64,000 bases of DNA from the human T2T-CHM13v2.0 reference genome, Homo sapiens, in assembly GCF_009914755.1 (NCBI RefSeq), contig NC_060937.1; one strand, given 5' to 3'. The position numbers and the translations under genes are program-made. The notes beneath the pieces were generated by a model. That model did no database searches. It worked only from the letters and a program-made list of their open reading frames with translations, and was not told the DNA's origin. Positions 27,811 to 48,461 of the stretch are shown here, in pieces. Position 1 is the first letter of the stretch; each line of letters opens with the position of its first letter.

Positions 27811-28871
27811 TCAGGCCTCACCTTGTCCTCCTCATTCAAAGTCTACCATCAGAGCTTTGGTCCTCTTGGCCAGTCCTGCTGTACTTGGTCTCCTGTGATT
27901 CCTCTCCCAGATCCTGAAACCTTGGGCTTCTGTGCACCTGCAGTCTCTCACCTCCTTGGACATGGAGATCCTGTATTCTCAGAGACAGATGATGCCTCAT
28001 TGTGTCTCCTATGGCCCATGCAAATGATTTCCCCAACACAGTCATGAGTTTTCCTGTATGAAATTGAAAGGGGATGTGGGGAACTGGTGTGCGTGTGTGT
28101 GTGTGTGTGTGTTCACAGTGGTACAAAAGGAGTCCTCAGGCATGCTAAGGTGTTGTGAACTAGGGTGATGTTGTCACTCAAGGCTACAATGGGGGCTCCA
28201 TGAAGAGAAATCTAGAAAAGGATAAGCATATGAGCAAAGAAGCAAAACCTGGGGAGTAGCAGGGAGGGGACCAGGAGCGGTGACTCAACCGGGCAGGGAA
28301 AACACCACGTACAACAGAGGGTGAGAATTCTGTGCTCAGCAAAGAGGAGAACTCACTCAGCATTTCCCTCAATTTTCCCTCAAGAACTTTCCTGTGCCAG
28401 GAAAGTTCACAATGGAGAATCTCCAGCTCCAGGTGGGACCCCAAAAGAGGCAGGGGGACTTTAGGCCATAGGTCTTGTGCACAAGGTTTTTCCCCAGTTC
28501 CTACCCCTTTCCTTTCCTCTCTGTCCAGCAAACCTGCTTGTTTCTGTCACCTGCCTTCCTGTCCTTGGGGTAAGAATGGATGCCTTGACACTCAGCAGAG
28601 GGATGCTCTTTCAGAGGAGGAATTAGTTTGTGTCATCTGACTCCTGAGCAGGAAAATCATGCCTGGGAAGAGGTTCCAAGACAGAGGTCCGCCGTGGTTC
28701 CTGCCCCTTATATGTGCGGGGCTCCTGGCACATGCACACTTCTCCTCAAACTCTGTTTACACCCCAGCAACAATGCTGGGTGTTGTCAGCCCCTCTCCTC
28801 CCCAGATACCGCTCTGTCATCAGCCAAGGAACAAATTCCCCATGAAAGACATTATTCTTTCTCTCAAGAAG

Positions 28872-29347
28872 ATCAACTACTTATATCTCTTCCTTTGCTG
28901 ACAGCTTTGCAGGGTGAACATCTAGAATTTAAAAAAGGGTTGATGTGGACAAGTGAGCTCTCTGTGTGGCTCACCAGGATGTTCCCTCTTATTCCAGGTG
29001 TCCTGTCCCATGTGTAGGTGCAGGAGTCAGGTCCAGGACCCATGAGGCCCTCAGACACTGCCCTCCACATGTGCTGTGTCTGGATTCTTTTTTACCATGG
29101 ATACTATTTGAGCTGAATCCACCATCCCCTGGGCAACAGGCTGGAATGGCTGGGGCACAGTTACTAGAGTCGATCACCAAGGAATACACATCATGCTCCC
29201 TCCACCCAGGTCCATGTCCCCATCAACAATGACTCAACCAAGAGCCAGTTCTCTGTGAAGCTCAGCTCCATGGCTGCCCAGGACACAGCTGAGTATTACT
29301 GTGAAAGACTTAATGAGAAGGTGTCCTTGTGAGCCCTGACACAAACC
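28872..29347 (+). pseudogene. IGHV clan II (IGHV4-like) pseudogene with decayed RSS
   Basis: Leader start mutated (ATC at 28872); acceptor TTCCAG|GT at 28997/28998; GVLS-HV*VQESGPG with an in-frame TAG and frameshifts; FR3 KSQFSVKLSSMAAQDTAEYYCER; heptamer CTTAATG (29309-29315), 23 nt spacer, nonamer ACACAAACC (29339-29347). Confidence 0.9.
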
Positions 29348-30269
29348 TTGCTGGCAGGGCACTCAGGACTGCCAGGAAGACTCAGGACCACAGAGGGGAC
29401 TCAAGACCACCAGGGAAGAGCAGGTTGCAGGAAGCACAGGGCCAGCCCCAGAGCAGTTGGGGGTAGAGATGAGAGGTTGGTTTACTGCCAGGTTCTGGGG
29501 TTGCCTCACCATCTTCATGTTTCCTCCAGGGACCCTCTCTTATTTCATGGTGCTGTGTCTAGCTCTACATCTCTAAAATACCACAGTTTTGTTGTACCAG
29601 GAGGAAACCTTCTCACAGGCCCTAAATGTAGAGCAATCTCTCTGCCAGTGGTCACTAGGATCACAGCCCTGAGGAAGCTGAGGGTAACCTGGTGAATCTT
29701 CTCCAGTCACATTCGGGACAGGAACCTTAGCGGGGTTCCCTGAGGTGAACAGTCTCAGGAATCCTAACCTCAGCCAAGACAGAGGCTGGGCCAGATCAAT
29801 GTCAGATAGAACCTCACAAGTTTTATGTCTGACCCTTCTCCACCAACAATAAAGCATGCCAATCAGTATCAGCGCCGATCTGGGGCCCTTTTACTCCTAG
29901 CCCATTCTGTTTCTCTTTATTTGTTGTTGTTATTCTTGCTTTTCCTTGTACTGCTGCTGCTCCCTGTAAAGTGGGGATGTGGTTCTTGCTGCCAAAGCTC
30001 CAGGGCTCAAGCCCATTCCTTGCAGCTCAGGTGGGGCTCAGGCTGTGGCTCCTGCAGCCACACGGGAGAGGCTGATGGGACTTTCTTCTCTCTCATTGCA
30101 CGAGACCCTCCAGTGTGTTGTGTGGAGACTCACCTGGGAAAGGAAGTGGCCAATAGTAGTGAAGGGGATGAGCTTGTGTGGACAAAATGGGATGTGGATA
30201 TGAAATTTGTCCTGTGCTGTGCAAGCTACCACAAAGTCACCTTCCTCACCAGTGGCGTTATAAATAGTG

Positions 30270-30570
30270 TGTGAAAGTTGTCAGAATCAAAATGGAGCCA
30301 CTTGTGTTAAAACCCTGACAAATGGAACTAGGAATGACCATGAAGGAGGGTTCGCATGCACATACTCCTGATAAGAAGAACTACCATAAATTGACTCTGC
30401 TTAATCACAACCTTGGATAGAAGCCACCAACACCATATAAAACTTCCTTCTACAAAGATATGTGTCCAGCAACTGCCTGTTCAGCCTTATACTGATGCCA
30501 CCCTTGGTATTGATTCTACAAGCACAGGATAATTCTTTCAAAACAGCTTATGTAACCCACCTCATTTTCA
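30270..30570 (+). mobile_element. ERV1-class LTR fragment (MER4 group; subfamily uncertain)
   Basis: Starts TGTGAAAGTTGTCAGAATCAAAATGGAGCCAC...CCCTGACAAATGG, which I recognise as an ERV1 LTR 5' end. Confidence 0.55.
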
Positions 30571-30723
30571 CTTCATAAACCTATGGATTGACATCCTGTA
30601 GTCACTGCTGCATTTCTTATTAATGTTAATAAGCCCCCTTTACAATATTCGAAACAATTTTTCTCTGATATCTCTTCTAAAATAAAGAATTTCCAAGTTG
30701 ACGCCAATAAAGAAGACACTTAG

Positions 30724-31060
<337 letters not shown>

Positions 31061-32112
31061 AGGAAGCCATCTTTAACATCCTGTTGAATGATTCTGCATA
31101 GCACATCAATCCCTTAAAATACTTTGCTGTATCGGCTTGTGATTAATCAGTATATAAAACTGAAGGTAAAATGGGAAATACATGGGCTTTTGATGAACCA
31201 AGCCATAGGGTGATAATGTCTGTGTCCTTGAGGAAGCAGACTAAGGGTTGTAAGTTCTGGTGGGAGTACCTTTGGCAAAGGGAGTTCCTGAGTTTCTGGA
31301 TATTATGCTACTTTTAACTTAAAGATGCAATTTATGATTTATTTTTACTTAAATCTTTCCAGAAGATATTTGGCAGTAAGGACAGGATAGCGTTTGTGTG
31401 ATACTGATGACTTAGAGAGTTATTTTGTAATTGTTCCTGTAAGGTATGCACATTGCTCACTTGATGAAGTACAAATGTCACAGGTGGGAAAATCAGATTA
31501 AGCAGATTTTATCAAATGTCATGGCTGTAATTTTTGGCAAGAAAATGCTTCACATCAACCAGAAAATAAACAGAAAACAAGAAAACATATTCAAATCCAG
31601 TGGGAGTCTGACCTCTGTCCTTCTCTGTTATAAGTACAAGGTTGTTCCACATCCAAATTATTCTTCAGGCTCCAGGGAATGAAATGCTTTTGGACTGTGA
31701 AAGCTAATAGCTCTCCCCTCAGGCAGGGCTAAGTTATCTGGGGAATGCAGAGTTGTGTTCATGAGGAAGATGGCACTATTGTGTCTTCTTCTGCATTGCC
31801 CCATCACACGGGTGAGGAATTTTTGAAACCAGTGAAGTGTGAGTGCACAGTAAGTGATGAAGTTATCATATATCCATGAACTTTCATTAATAGGCCAAGG
31901 CCTTCTACAGATCACTCATGCACAAATATCCAAAATGTGTTTTTCCATTTTTTGATGTCTAGAGAAAAATATCTGTTGAGGAAACTTCTTCAGCTTACAG
32001 AGATCTGCTTAAGTTTGAGATCCCATAGGAGAGTGTCTTTGAGTGAATTCCAGTCTATTAATTAAATAGGTCCAAATTCTCTCTGTTGGAGTAGCCTTCC
32101 AATTGTGCTGAT

Positions 32113-38244
<6,132 letters not shown>

Positions 38245-38257
38245 TGAGTTTTGGTTT

Positions 38258-39000
38258 CTTGATAGAACCTGGACAGGTGGGCTGAGGTGCTGTGGGACAT
38301 AAATGGGGAAGAGCTGGACCCAATATCCAGAACCAAGTAAGCTTTTACTCACCATGTGGTTTTGTTTCTGAGTTTATGGTTTGACCAGATGCAGAAGAGT
38401 TTGTCCGGGACTTCTGAGGGGTGAAGAACTTGAAGGGAGAATAATATAACTTATTAGTCAAATAAATGAAAATATCATAATTGTGGATATGTTCTTGTGA
38501 GTGGGGGTAGCTCAGCAGTGTGTGTTCATCCCCAGAAAAGAGAAAATCTTGTCTGCTGTGGAAAGAAGACATAGTTTTTAACATATGTGGTTATTATTAA
38601 CGACAACTGAGCCTGGGTACTGGATCATGTTATAATGCTAAAGGGAAGATTCAATAGAAGAAAGAATGTCATAGCAAAAACAAAAAAATTAAGCATCAAA
38701 GATTTAAATGAAATGACTTTGAATATTACTAGTAATGAACATGCCAAGAAAAATCAATTACTATAACCAGAAGAATAATTCATGACTGCCCATGGGATTC
38801 ATGCTGAGAAGATATACAATTTCCATTTAATTTCCATTTACTGAAAATTAAATTAAATTTAGTGAGGGCTCATCACTACCCTCATAAAATGGTTCAGAGA
38901 GTAAGCGAAGAATAGAGTGTGAGCTTACAGCAAGTGGAGACCATCTCTTCTCCTCCAATGTCCCACAGCTCCACAGCCCACCTGTCCAGGTTCTATCAAG
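38258..39000. repeat. Inverted repeat pair (arms about 38258-38320 and 38939-39000)
   Basis: CTTGATAGAACCTGGACAGGTGGGCTGaGGtGCTGTGGGACAT matches the reverse complement of the right arm at 41 of 43 nt, the first 27 perfectly. Confidence 0.9.
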
Positions 39001-39019
39001 GAATTTTAGCTCCTGCCCA

Positions 39020-40140
39020 GTAAAGGAAACAGTTGAGTGAGGAGAGAACCTGCAGATGATAGACAATATCTGAAAACTGTTCATTTGACAAGGGATTACT
39101 ATAAAGCATATAAAATTAACTGAACTGCAATTAATAATCTGAATAATAATGGGCAAATAACATGAATGAACATCTGTCAAAGGAAGACGTGGAAAGGATC
39201 AATAGATAGATAGATGATAAGTATATATGCACACATATATTGCTAGACAGCACTAATATTCAGGAACATGCAAATTCACAATGAGATATCTTTTCATCCT
39301 TCATCTTTGCTGGAAAGTCTGTTAACAGAAAGCCAAAATAAGGAAAACAAAAGCTAGCAAGGCTGCATAGAAGGGGACACTCTTATTGACCACTGGTGGA
39401 AATGTAAATTAGTATAGCCATCATGGGAAAAAAATAGAACTGCCATATAATTCAGTGATCCAACTGCTGAGTATTTATCTATTTAAATAATTAAAAGAAA
39501 AAACTAAAATTGAAGAGATACCTGTACACCCATGTTTACTGCAGCACTAATTGCAATAGCTAAGCTATGAAATCAACATATGTGTCCATGAACAGATGAA
39601 TGGATAAATAAAATGAGGTAAATTTACACAATGAAATATTATTCAGCCTTAAAAATGAAATTCTGCCATTTGAAGCAACATGGTTGGAACTGGACACCCT
39701 TATGGTGAATGAAAGAAGACAGACTAGAAAAATAAATACCACATTTTCTCAATTTAATGTGGAAGTTTAAGAAAGTTGATCTTCTAGAAGTAAATAGTAG
39801 AGTAGTGGTTATGAGATGCTCCAAATGGGAGGAGACTGAGAGACAAGAAGAGGCTTGTTAACAAATGCACAATTACAGGTAGACGGGAGGGATATGCTCT
39901 AGTGTTCTACAGCGCAGTAGGATGACTACAGCTAACAATATATTGTACGTTTACAAGTAGCCAGAAGAGAGCATTTTGTATGCTACCAACACAAATAAAT
40001 GTTAATGTCTGAGCTGATGAATTTTCTCATTGTTCTGATTTGGTCAAACCACATGGCAGAGATGTATTGAAATATCACACTGTATCCCATAAATATAAAC
40101 AATCATTATCTGCCAACCTAAAAAATCCTTTAATTAAAAA
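39020..40140 (+). mobile_element. Old L1 (L1MA-type) ORF2 end and 3' UTR
   Basis: GGTGGAAATGTAAATTAGTATAGCCATCATGG, GAACAGATGAATGGATAAATAAAATG, and the L1MA-like tail CTAGTGTTCTACAGC...ATTGAAATATCACACTGTATCCCATAAATAT. Confidence 0.8.
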
Positions 40141-41597
40141 GGATTGTATTGCCATACATTACAAGTGATTCAACACAGAGCCTGAAAAAAATACCATTTT
40201 TATTTGAAATAGTGAAATTCCTAACAACATAGTTACACTCATTTGCACCAAGCTGTGTATTTGATCATGGTAAGCATAGACAGACTTATGCATAGAATAA
40301 TATATTTTAATTATAGACTTCTACTTAATAGTATAAATGCCAATACATTTAAAACAACTAAGCAAAAGGAATAAAGTTGATGAAATGTGTGTGGTGTGTG
40401 ATGTGAGCAATTTTTCTTTAACCACGCTGTCCATGTTGGATGTGTGGTGTGTGTCTGTATCTGTGTTTACTCTGCTTGGGGTTCTCTGTGATTCTGGGAT
40501 CTGTAGTTCAGTGTCTTTCACAAAATTGGGAACATTCTTAACCATTATTTTTTCAAATACTTTCTCTGTATCTATAATTTCTACTTTTCAGAATTAAAGT
40601 ATACATTTACTACACTTTTGATATTGTTTAGTTTCTTCACTCTTTTCCTTTGCAATTTACTTGTTAAATTTCTAGTGACATTTTAAGTGCATGGTTTCAT
40701 TTAAAAGCTGAGCCAGCTCTAATGAGCAGTGTGCCCAAAGATTGCTCAATGTTTATACTGCATTGCTTTTGATTTCTCATGCATTTCCATTTGATTACTT
40801 CTTAGTATTTTCATCTCTCAGTCCCCTATCTAGTCCTGCATTATGTCCACAGTTTCTTCAAGAGATTTTTACATATGAATTATAGTTACATTATATATCT
40901 TATTTAATTAGTTATAATACCTGTATCTTTTATAAATCCCTTTCTGATTATTTCTTTATTGTGACTTTGGTATTTCTCATTAATATATGTAATAATCATT
41001 GTTGATAACCAGACATGTTGGGTTTGACAGTTGATACTGGCTTATTTCATTTTATCCATTTTCTGCCTGTATTTGACCACACTTTATCTTTGCCAGGCAA
41101 TTATTGTGGAAATGTCCGTGAATCTTCTCACAGCTACATTTGACATTTACTTTTGCAGTGGACATCAGAGTTGAAGTCTGTTCTGTGTCCACCAGAGACT
41201 TCAGATGCTCCAGTGATACCTTGTTTTTCTTTCCTGCTTGGCTTTGTCTCATCACCTGTTCCCTCCTCCAGAGAATCTCTTTCAGCTCCTTCAGGTGGGT
41301 TAAAATGTTATATTTAACTGACAATAGTGAAATTGGTTGAAGGCAATAGAATAAAGGGAGATTTTGCGACTTTTCCTGGGTCCATATTGTGATCCTGAGT
41401 CTGGGTGTGAGCTTTCCAGTGTTTCTGAACTTCCTCCAGATGAGATGTTGGTCTGCGTGTTCTTGCTCTTTTCCTGGGTAGAGTCCTCTTGTTTTCCCCA
41501 GTTGTTCCCTCCCACAGCTCCAGTGTTCTCTTTTGGTGTTATCACCTTCCAGATTTGATGACCTGAGGTTCAAATTAAGGCTCTGATTAAATAAGAA

Positions 41598-41974
41598 GGC
41601 AGCAAAGGCCGGGCAAAAAGCCGCCGCAACAAAAAGCTGCGCTGACAGGCGGAAAAAGCCGTGGCGGCGGAGCCAAAAAGCCGGGGCGGCAAAAAGCCAC
41701 GGTGGCGGGCGCAAACAGCCGCAAAAAGCCGCGGTGGTGGGGGCAAAATCAGTGGGAGCAGGGGCAAAAAAACACAAAAAGCCGCGGCGGCGGGGGCAAA
41801 AAGCCAAAGCGGCGGGGGCAAAAAGCCGCGGCGGGCAAATAACCGCGGCACCGGAGGGGGGCAAAAAGCCGCAGCGGGCGGCAAAAACCCGTGGCGGGCA
41901 TAAACCCGAGGCGGCGGGGGAGCAAAAAGCCGCGGCGCCGGGGGGGCAAAAAGCCGCCGCGACGGAGGGCAAAA
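41598..41974 (+). repeat. GC/CpG-rich degenerate tandem array of GGGCAAAAAGCCGCGGCG (GCTTTTTGC pericentromeric repeat)
   Basis: About 20 imperfect units of roughly 17-21 nt built on CAAAAAGCC, set in AT-rich flanks. Confidence 0.88.
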
Positions 41975-44900
41975 TAGTGGAGATGGGGTAGAAGGCCGGC
42001 ACAGCTTGGCTTTGCTGGAGTGTGATGTGATAGGAAATGTGCAGCCAAAGACAAAAGAAGATGTAAGTAGGCTTGACTCATTGCAGCTAAGAACCCAGAT
42101 GTTACCTTGAGGGTATTAACTAATAAGCAGTTTAAATCAGAATGGCACATTCTGATTTGTTTTTTGTATGTTCACATTTGGCAGGCATAGATACTGTTTG
42201 AAAAGAGAAAAGTCAGTACATAGAGGTAACAAGCTTAAATATGTGCCAAGTCTAGAAACAAGAGACTAGGGGGATAAGGACCTTTCGAAATAAAATGCAA
42301 GATTTGAAAACTGATTGGCTGGGGGATGAGGCAAAGGCAGGTCTTTAAGGTCAATCCCTGTTTTGCTTTAAGTTGTTAGCGGGTGGTTTTATCATATATT
42401 GTAGAATATGTCATTTCAGTTTTGAACATCTTGAGTTAAATTGTCCTAACATATCTTACGAATTTGATTTTCTTCCCTGGGAAGCTAATATTTCAAAAAC
42501 TTAAAGAGTATAGATTTCCAACTGGTATCCAATTTATAAAACTATCTCTAGGCTGCTGATTTCAGGAGGAGGCTCATGAATATTCTCTTTGCAGAGAATA
42601 TATCAGGAGTTAACATCAGCTTCAATATTTGTGGACGACCAGTTAACTAAGCCACCTCTTAGTGTATTTAGATGGGAAATCTTAGCTGAAGATATTCAAT
42701 AATGAACCAACAGTGACTAAAAAATTCAATATTGAAGTATATTTCCTTGTAATTAATTTGAATTGAAGTAGCCATATACAGCTAGTATTTACTACATTGA
42801 ACAATGCAAATACGAGGAAAAAATTAATAACCATCTCTAATACCACATGCCAAAATCCTCATCAATTTGTTCTAGCTAAAGGAGTTTATCAGAAGCAGCA
42901 GTTGAAAGCACCAACTAAACCAGCTGGGGTTAGTTCACTGTCATTCTCTCAGAACCATCTCTTCTCTGAACAAAACAAGTACAAGAGTTCATCGTGAATC
43001 TGCATTCTCCTTGCCTATTTTAAGGTTTTGTTGTTGACACTAATTTGTGAAATCCCTCCTGTGGTGTGATATTTCGTTTTCCTTGCTTTCTGTTAGGACA
43101 AGAATGCTTCAGCTCTTAATTTAAAATTATGTTTCTCCCTCCTAGGTTGAGTGAACTTAGAATGCATTCTCTGACATATCCAAGTTTTTGTTCATATGAA
43201 TTTGGGGAAAAAAGCATACTTAATTAGCTAAGACTTCTTATTCTAGGCTTGACCCTGTGTTCAACATCTATTGAATTTGTAGTTGCATGGGCTGCTCTCT
43301 GACACTGCTTAGTGACCTGGAAGCTATATTAACGTTAGGGGAGGTGGTGTATGAGCATTAGAGGTATCATTGCAAGGAAAGACTTGTCTTATCTCAATTT
43401 GTCTTTTTTTTGCACACAAGAAAGTCAGTGTTTGAGTCTTCTAAAATCTTCCTATTTCCAAGTTGCAGAGTACCATTGATTCCTAAACAAAGTTCTAATT
43501 TTTGACTCAGAGACGTGGCAAGGTAGTGAATCACCATTATAATTTAACAATCTTCAAGATAAAATTATCTCTCTGATATTTAGATTTTGCCCAATTATTA
43601 AGATATTTGGGTGTTTCGTTAAGAATGGAAGACTCTAGTCTCTTCAGCAGAGACTACAAAGGCCTCAGATGATCATTTATAATTTTATGCTCTTTTCTTT
43701 AACACCTTCAACACAGTTGGAAGCAGCCAGAGTTGTTGTGTTTTTGAAACCAAATGCATGGTTCAGTGGTAGAAAACTGGGCTGATCCAAGCTGTTTTCA
43801 GTGAACACTTCATTTCAGGTGACCTATTTCATATTAAATAATCTCTAGATCCTGTCTTCGAAACTAACTAGATCAGATAACCTACCCTGGATTTTCTCCT
43901 TTTAGGGTCTGTGAGCTGCAGTCACTTTTGTGAAAATGATTGCAATGACAAGATAGAGTTGTAGATGGAGAAAATGTTTTGACTAATTTACGCATAGTGG
44001 TATTTCATATGAGAATTTAAGTTACACACATTTGAAAATTATAATGGAGTCTCTTGGCTGAGCTTTAAAAAAAAATAGCCTTTAGGCTAAAAAGGGAATT
44101 GTTCCTCTCCTAAAATCAGAAAGATGTTACAGTAATTCTCCATTCTCTAGAATTATCAGGAAGCACCTTTGTGATGATTTACTTCTGTTCTTGGGAGTGT
44201 GAGCCCGTGTAGTCTTGGAACCATCAATTAGAATGATGGCTTTCTGATCCCAAAGTCATTCGTTCTGAAAACAATATTTTTCATAAATTTGAAAATGAGA
44301 AGTTTTGATCTTGCCATTCCCAAGTAACTCTCTTAATAAGAGGCATCAGCATGCTTCAGTGACAGCTGTCACCTTCCAGTGCTGAGAGTCATATTTGAGT
44401 TCTCCATTTCACTCCCTACACTCCAATTTAGCTGCAGTTCTCTTGGCCAGTCCTATGAAATACATCCATGGCCTAACGACTTCTCACCACTAATACCACT
44501 CATCCTCACAGCATTCTCACCTAAGTCACTACCTGTTTTCTCTGGATTACGGTAGCCTCCCAATTTATTTGCTCACATAACCTATTTATTCTACACAGTG
44601 CACCAGATACACCCCTTTGAAATGCAAACACAATCATGTTATTCTCTGGTGAAATTATCTCATATATTCCTATCGCATTTAAAATTAATTCAGAATCATC
44701 CCATGATTATCAAAACCCTACATGCTCTTCCACAGCATGGTTTACTTCCAAGATATCTCTTCAACTTTTTTTTCACTGTAGTGAATTGGTGACTAATAGT
44801 CATATTTTTGTTTTTGCTCAAAAAGTCTTGAATTGTAAATTTTTCAGATTCTCCTTTATCCACAGGTAACTCTTTCCTCATAAGGCGAATTGCTTGCTTC

Positions 44901-45479
44901 CTTGAGTTCTGCTCTCAAAGATACCCTTCATTTTCTACCTAATATTAATAACTTTAATCATTCATTATTCCATTACTATGCTCTACAGTGTATACAATTT
45001 CTGTTGTTTGTCATGTTATTAACTAAATTATTTGTTCCAGTAAAGTATTCCATAAATATTGTACACATAAAAATTATGTTATTTTTATTGCTGTATGCTC
45101 AGCTGCCCAATAACAGTCTGAGGATTAACATATTTGTTAAATGCACAAATACATTCTTTCACAAATATTAGTTTAATAATTTTATATTAAACTCCCTCTA
45201 TATTTACAATATGAATTAGATAATTCAGAATAAACATTCCAGTGAAAAAAACTAAACAATTTGTTATAAAACATCCTTAAAAGCATCAGAAAGTTAATAG
45301 AGCAATGAAGAATTACAGGACCAAATTAAGAATGGTATGGAAGCCTGTTTGTGAGGCTTATGTTTGGGGTTATCTCTTTACTTAGAGTGACTGTAAATCT
45401 CGAAAGAGGATTAAAGGGAGAAATAACCATATCAACTCACATGGTAAGGGTATTTAAACATCTCTTAGTAATTGAGAAA

Positions 45480-45622
45480 ATTGAAAGAAAAGAAAAAAGA
45501 GAAAGGGAGAAAGAGAAACAGAGTGAAAGGGATAATGAAGGAGAGAAAGAAGAAGAGAAAGGAAGAGGAAGAAAAGTAAAAAGGAGGAGGAGGGAGAGGG
45601 AGGAAGAAAGGTGGAAAGAAAG
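45480..45622. repeat. Polypurine (GA-rich) low-complexity tract
   Basis: Almost pure A/G on the + strand. Confidence 0.85.
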
Positions 45623-47222
45623 AATGCTAAAGTTTTCAACAACATAATTTATCCTTCTAGAATATGAATGTTGGTCTATTTGATGATGTCCCACAGATTC
45701 CTTAGTCTCTGCTCATTTTTTATCTGTTTCTCAGAGTATTTTCCATTTTCTTATCTTCAAGCTCATGACTTCTTCTGTGTGTGCAAATATACTCTTAAAT
45801 CCCTCTGGTGATTTTTAAATTTTTATTGTTGTAGTTTTCCACTCCAGAATTTCTTCTATCTCTGTTGATATTCCTACTTTTTAATATTTTTTCTGATTCC
45901 TTGATTTCTTTGTTTGTGTTTTCCTTTTAACATTTGAGTATAATTAAGAGAGCTGTTTTAAAGTCTTTGTCTAGTAAGTTTGAAGTCTGGGTTTCCTTAG
46001 AGATATTTTCTGTCAGTTTGTTTTGTTCCTTTGAATGAGTCACACTTTCCCATTCTTTGTATGCCTTGTAACTTTTTTTGAAAACTGGACATTATAATAA
46101 TTATAATTACCATGTGGTTACTCTGTAAATCAGACCCCCACCCCCACTACAAACACAGTAATGTTTTGTGGTTTTAAATCTTCTTTACTTATTATATTGT
46201 TAAGGATTTTTTTTTAGTGAAATTTTCCAAAGTGATTTACAAAACTGTTTGCTTTATAAGGTGTGGTCACCGAAGTCTTTTTGTTTCCTTAACAAATGTT
46301 AAGCTAATGTTTTGACAGTGATTTTCTTGTATGTCAGGAACTAAGCAAACCGGCAAATACAACAAAAACAAAAAGAAAAACAAGTAATCATTGTCCAGCA
46401 AAATATGTCTCTAGGCCATGCAGACTGGCTTTGTACTCGGTTCTTTAAAGCCGGCACAAAGTGTGTGTTCACTCTTGCACTGAGTGAAGTTCAAGTTCAC
46501 TCTTGCACAGAGCTTGCACTGAGGGGAGGGATCGGCCAAGGTAAAAGTGTAGGGTCTTCTTATGACATTTGTCAGCATGTGGCTTAACCTATGCATACAT
46601 GTGACTTTCTAGACCCTCCCATGTACGTGAATGATTTTGAATGTCTTAGTTTTCCAAATACTCTTCTCCAACTTTTCTTCCTGTGCTCAAGGTGATCTAC
46701 TATATGTGTAAACTCTAATTTTTGCCCTAAGCATCTGTGGCTTGTTAGGTCTCCTTGCAGAGTTTCTTGATAATGTCCATTCCTTATCTGTTCTGTATTC
46801 TAGCAACACAGAAAAAAAAAAGTCTTTCATGAGTCCTTTAGGTATCCCCCAGACCAGTCAGAACAGACACATAGTAATTTGAGGGTAAGATCTTCTCTTG
46901 TTCCTTTGGACCATGGACTAGGGTTCCTCACTGGGAACGTGGGCTTCTGATACTTCAAAACTGCCAATTTGATGCTGCAAAGGCAAGTTAAAAATGTCAT
47001 AAAGTTTTCCAGTTGTCTTTCTCTTGAGTCTGCTTTCACTTGGTTGTTGTAATCTTTTGACCATTTTCCAGAGTTTTGGCAAAGTTTATTCGGACAGTTT
47101 CTCTTAGTTGTGTGATGTTTCTGTGGGGAAATGACAGATTGCAGCTGTCTCCACTGCCATTTTGCTGATGCTCCTCTTTTGTCAATTTTTGCTTCATGTT
47201 ATTGTGCTTTGTTATTAGTTCA

Positions 47223-47650
47223 TGTATTAGTTTCCTAGGGCTGCCATAACCAACTAACACAAACTGGGTGCCTTGAACAACATACATTTATAGTCTTATA
47301 GTCCTGGAAGCTAAAAGTCTGAGATTGAGGTGTCAGCAGGGATGGTCCCTTCAAGGGCTATGAGAGAAAGTCTCTTCTGTGCCTTGTTTCTCGCTTCTGG
47401 TGGCTTAGTGGCAGTCTTTGGCCTTCCTTGGCTATTCTCTGCCCTCATAATCACATGGTACTCTCCCTATGTGTATGTCTCCCTCTACTCAAATTTTTTC
47501 TTTTTATAAGGACATCAGTCATATTGAATTCAGGCTCATCTGATTTTATCTTAACTTAATCACCTGCAAAGAACCTATTTTCTAATGAGGTCATATTCAG
47601 TGGTTAAGATTTCAGCATCTATATAGAGGAAACAATTTAGCTCATATCTG
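47223..47650 (-). mobile_element. MLT1-type MaLR LTR
   Basis: TGTATTAGTTTCCTAGGGCTGCCATAAC...AAGTCTGAGATTGAGGTGTCAGCAGG...TTATAAGGACATCAGTCATATTG. Confidence 0.8.
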
Positions 47651-48461
47651 TGCATACATGACTGTAATAGCTATGACCAAAAAGCGGGAAAAGCTATGAC
47701 CAAAAGCGTTGACCTCCTTATTACTACAATATAAATGTTTAAAATCCTATTCACATTTTTAATAGTCTATATCGTGTGTTATGAGTATAATGAGTTCAGT
47801 GTTCTTATGATTGCTCTTTGCATGATATTTTTTGTCATCTTTGTACTTTCAATCCATTGGTATCCTTGCATCTCCGGGTATATTGGGATCACTTGTTTTA
47901 ATCCAGTCTGACAATCTCTGCCTCTTGAAGGGATTTTAATCTGCTCACATTTAATATTATAATTGGTATAATTCTATTTATGTCTGCCATTTTACTGTTT
48001 GTTTTGTATATTTCTCAAATATTTTTCTTTATTCCTTTATTTTGCAATGAATGAATATTTTCTAAAATAGGGAACTCTAGATTACTAATGAATTATTTTA
48101 CTATATATTTTTGAGAATTTTTGTTGTTGTTGTAAGTTTACCATATAGGTATATGGAAAATTATTTATTCAAATCATCTTCCAATTTATACTAGTAAACT
48201 TTTAGTAATACATAGAAACATCATTCTTATACAAATCTCTTTTATTTCCTCCATTTTAAAGTATTATCACTTTACACGTTACATCTATTAAAGTTACAAA
48301 GCCAACAATATATTTTAGTAATTATTGCTTTACCATCTAGAGTGATTACCTTATCACAATACATTTTTCTTCCAACTACCTCCTTGTTGATGTTACTGGA
48401 AAATATGTTATAGACGTATTACATTTCTACATGTCAAATACTCAGCAATACATTATGCACA

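Noticed and set aside
29825-30274. 149 aa ORF with a hydrophobic signal-like segment and Cys-rich part
   Set aside because: No recognisable domain or splice structure. It lies in the flank of a V pseudogene and its hydrophobic stretch derives from T-rich low-complexity DNA.
41052-42150. 316 aa and overlapping Ala/Pro/Phe-rich ORFs, also at 52367-52754
   Set aside because: Products of the GC-rich tandem arrays, open in several frames on both strands.
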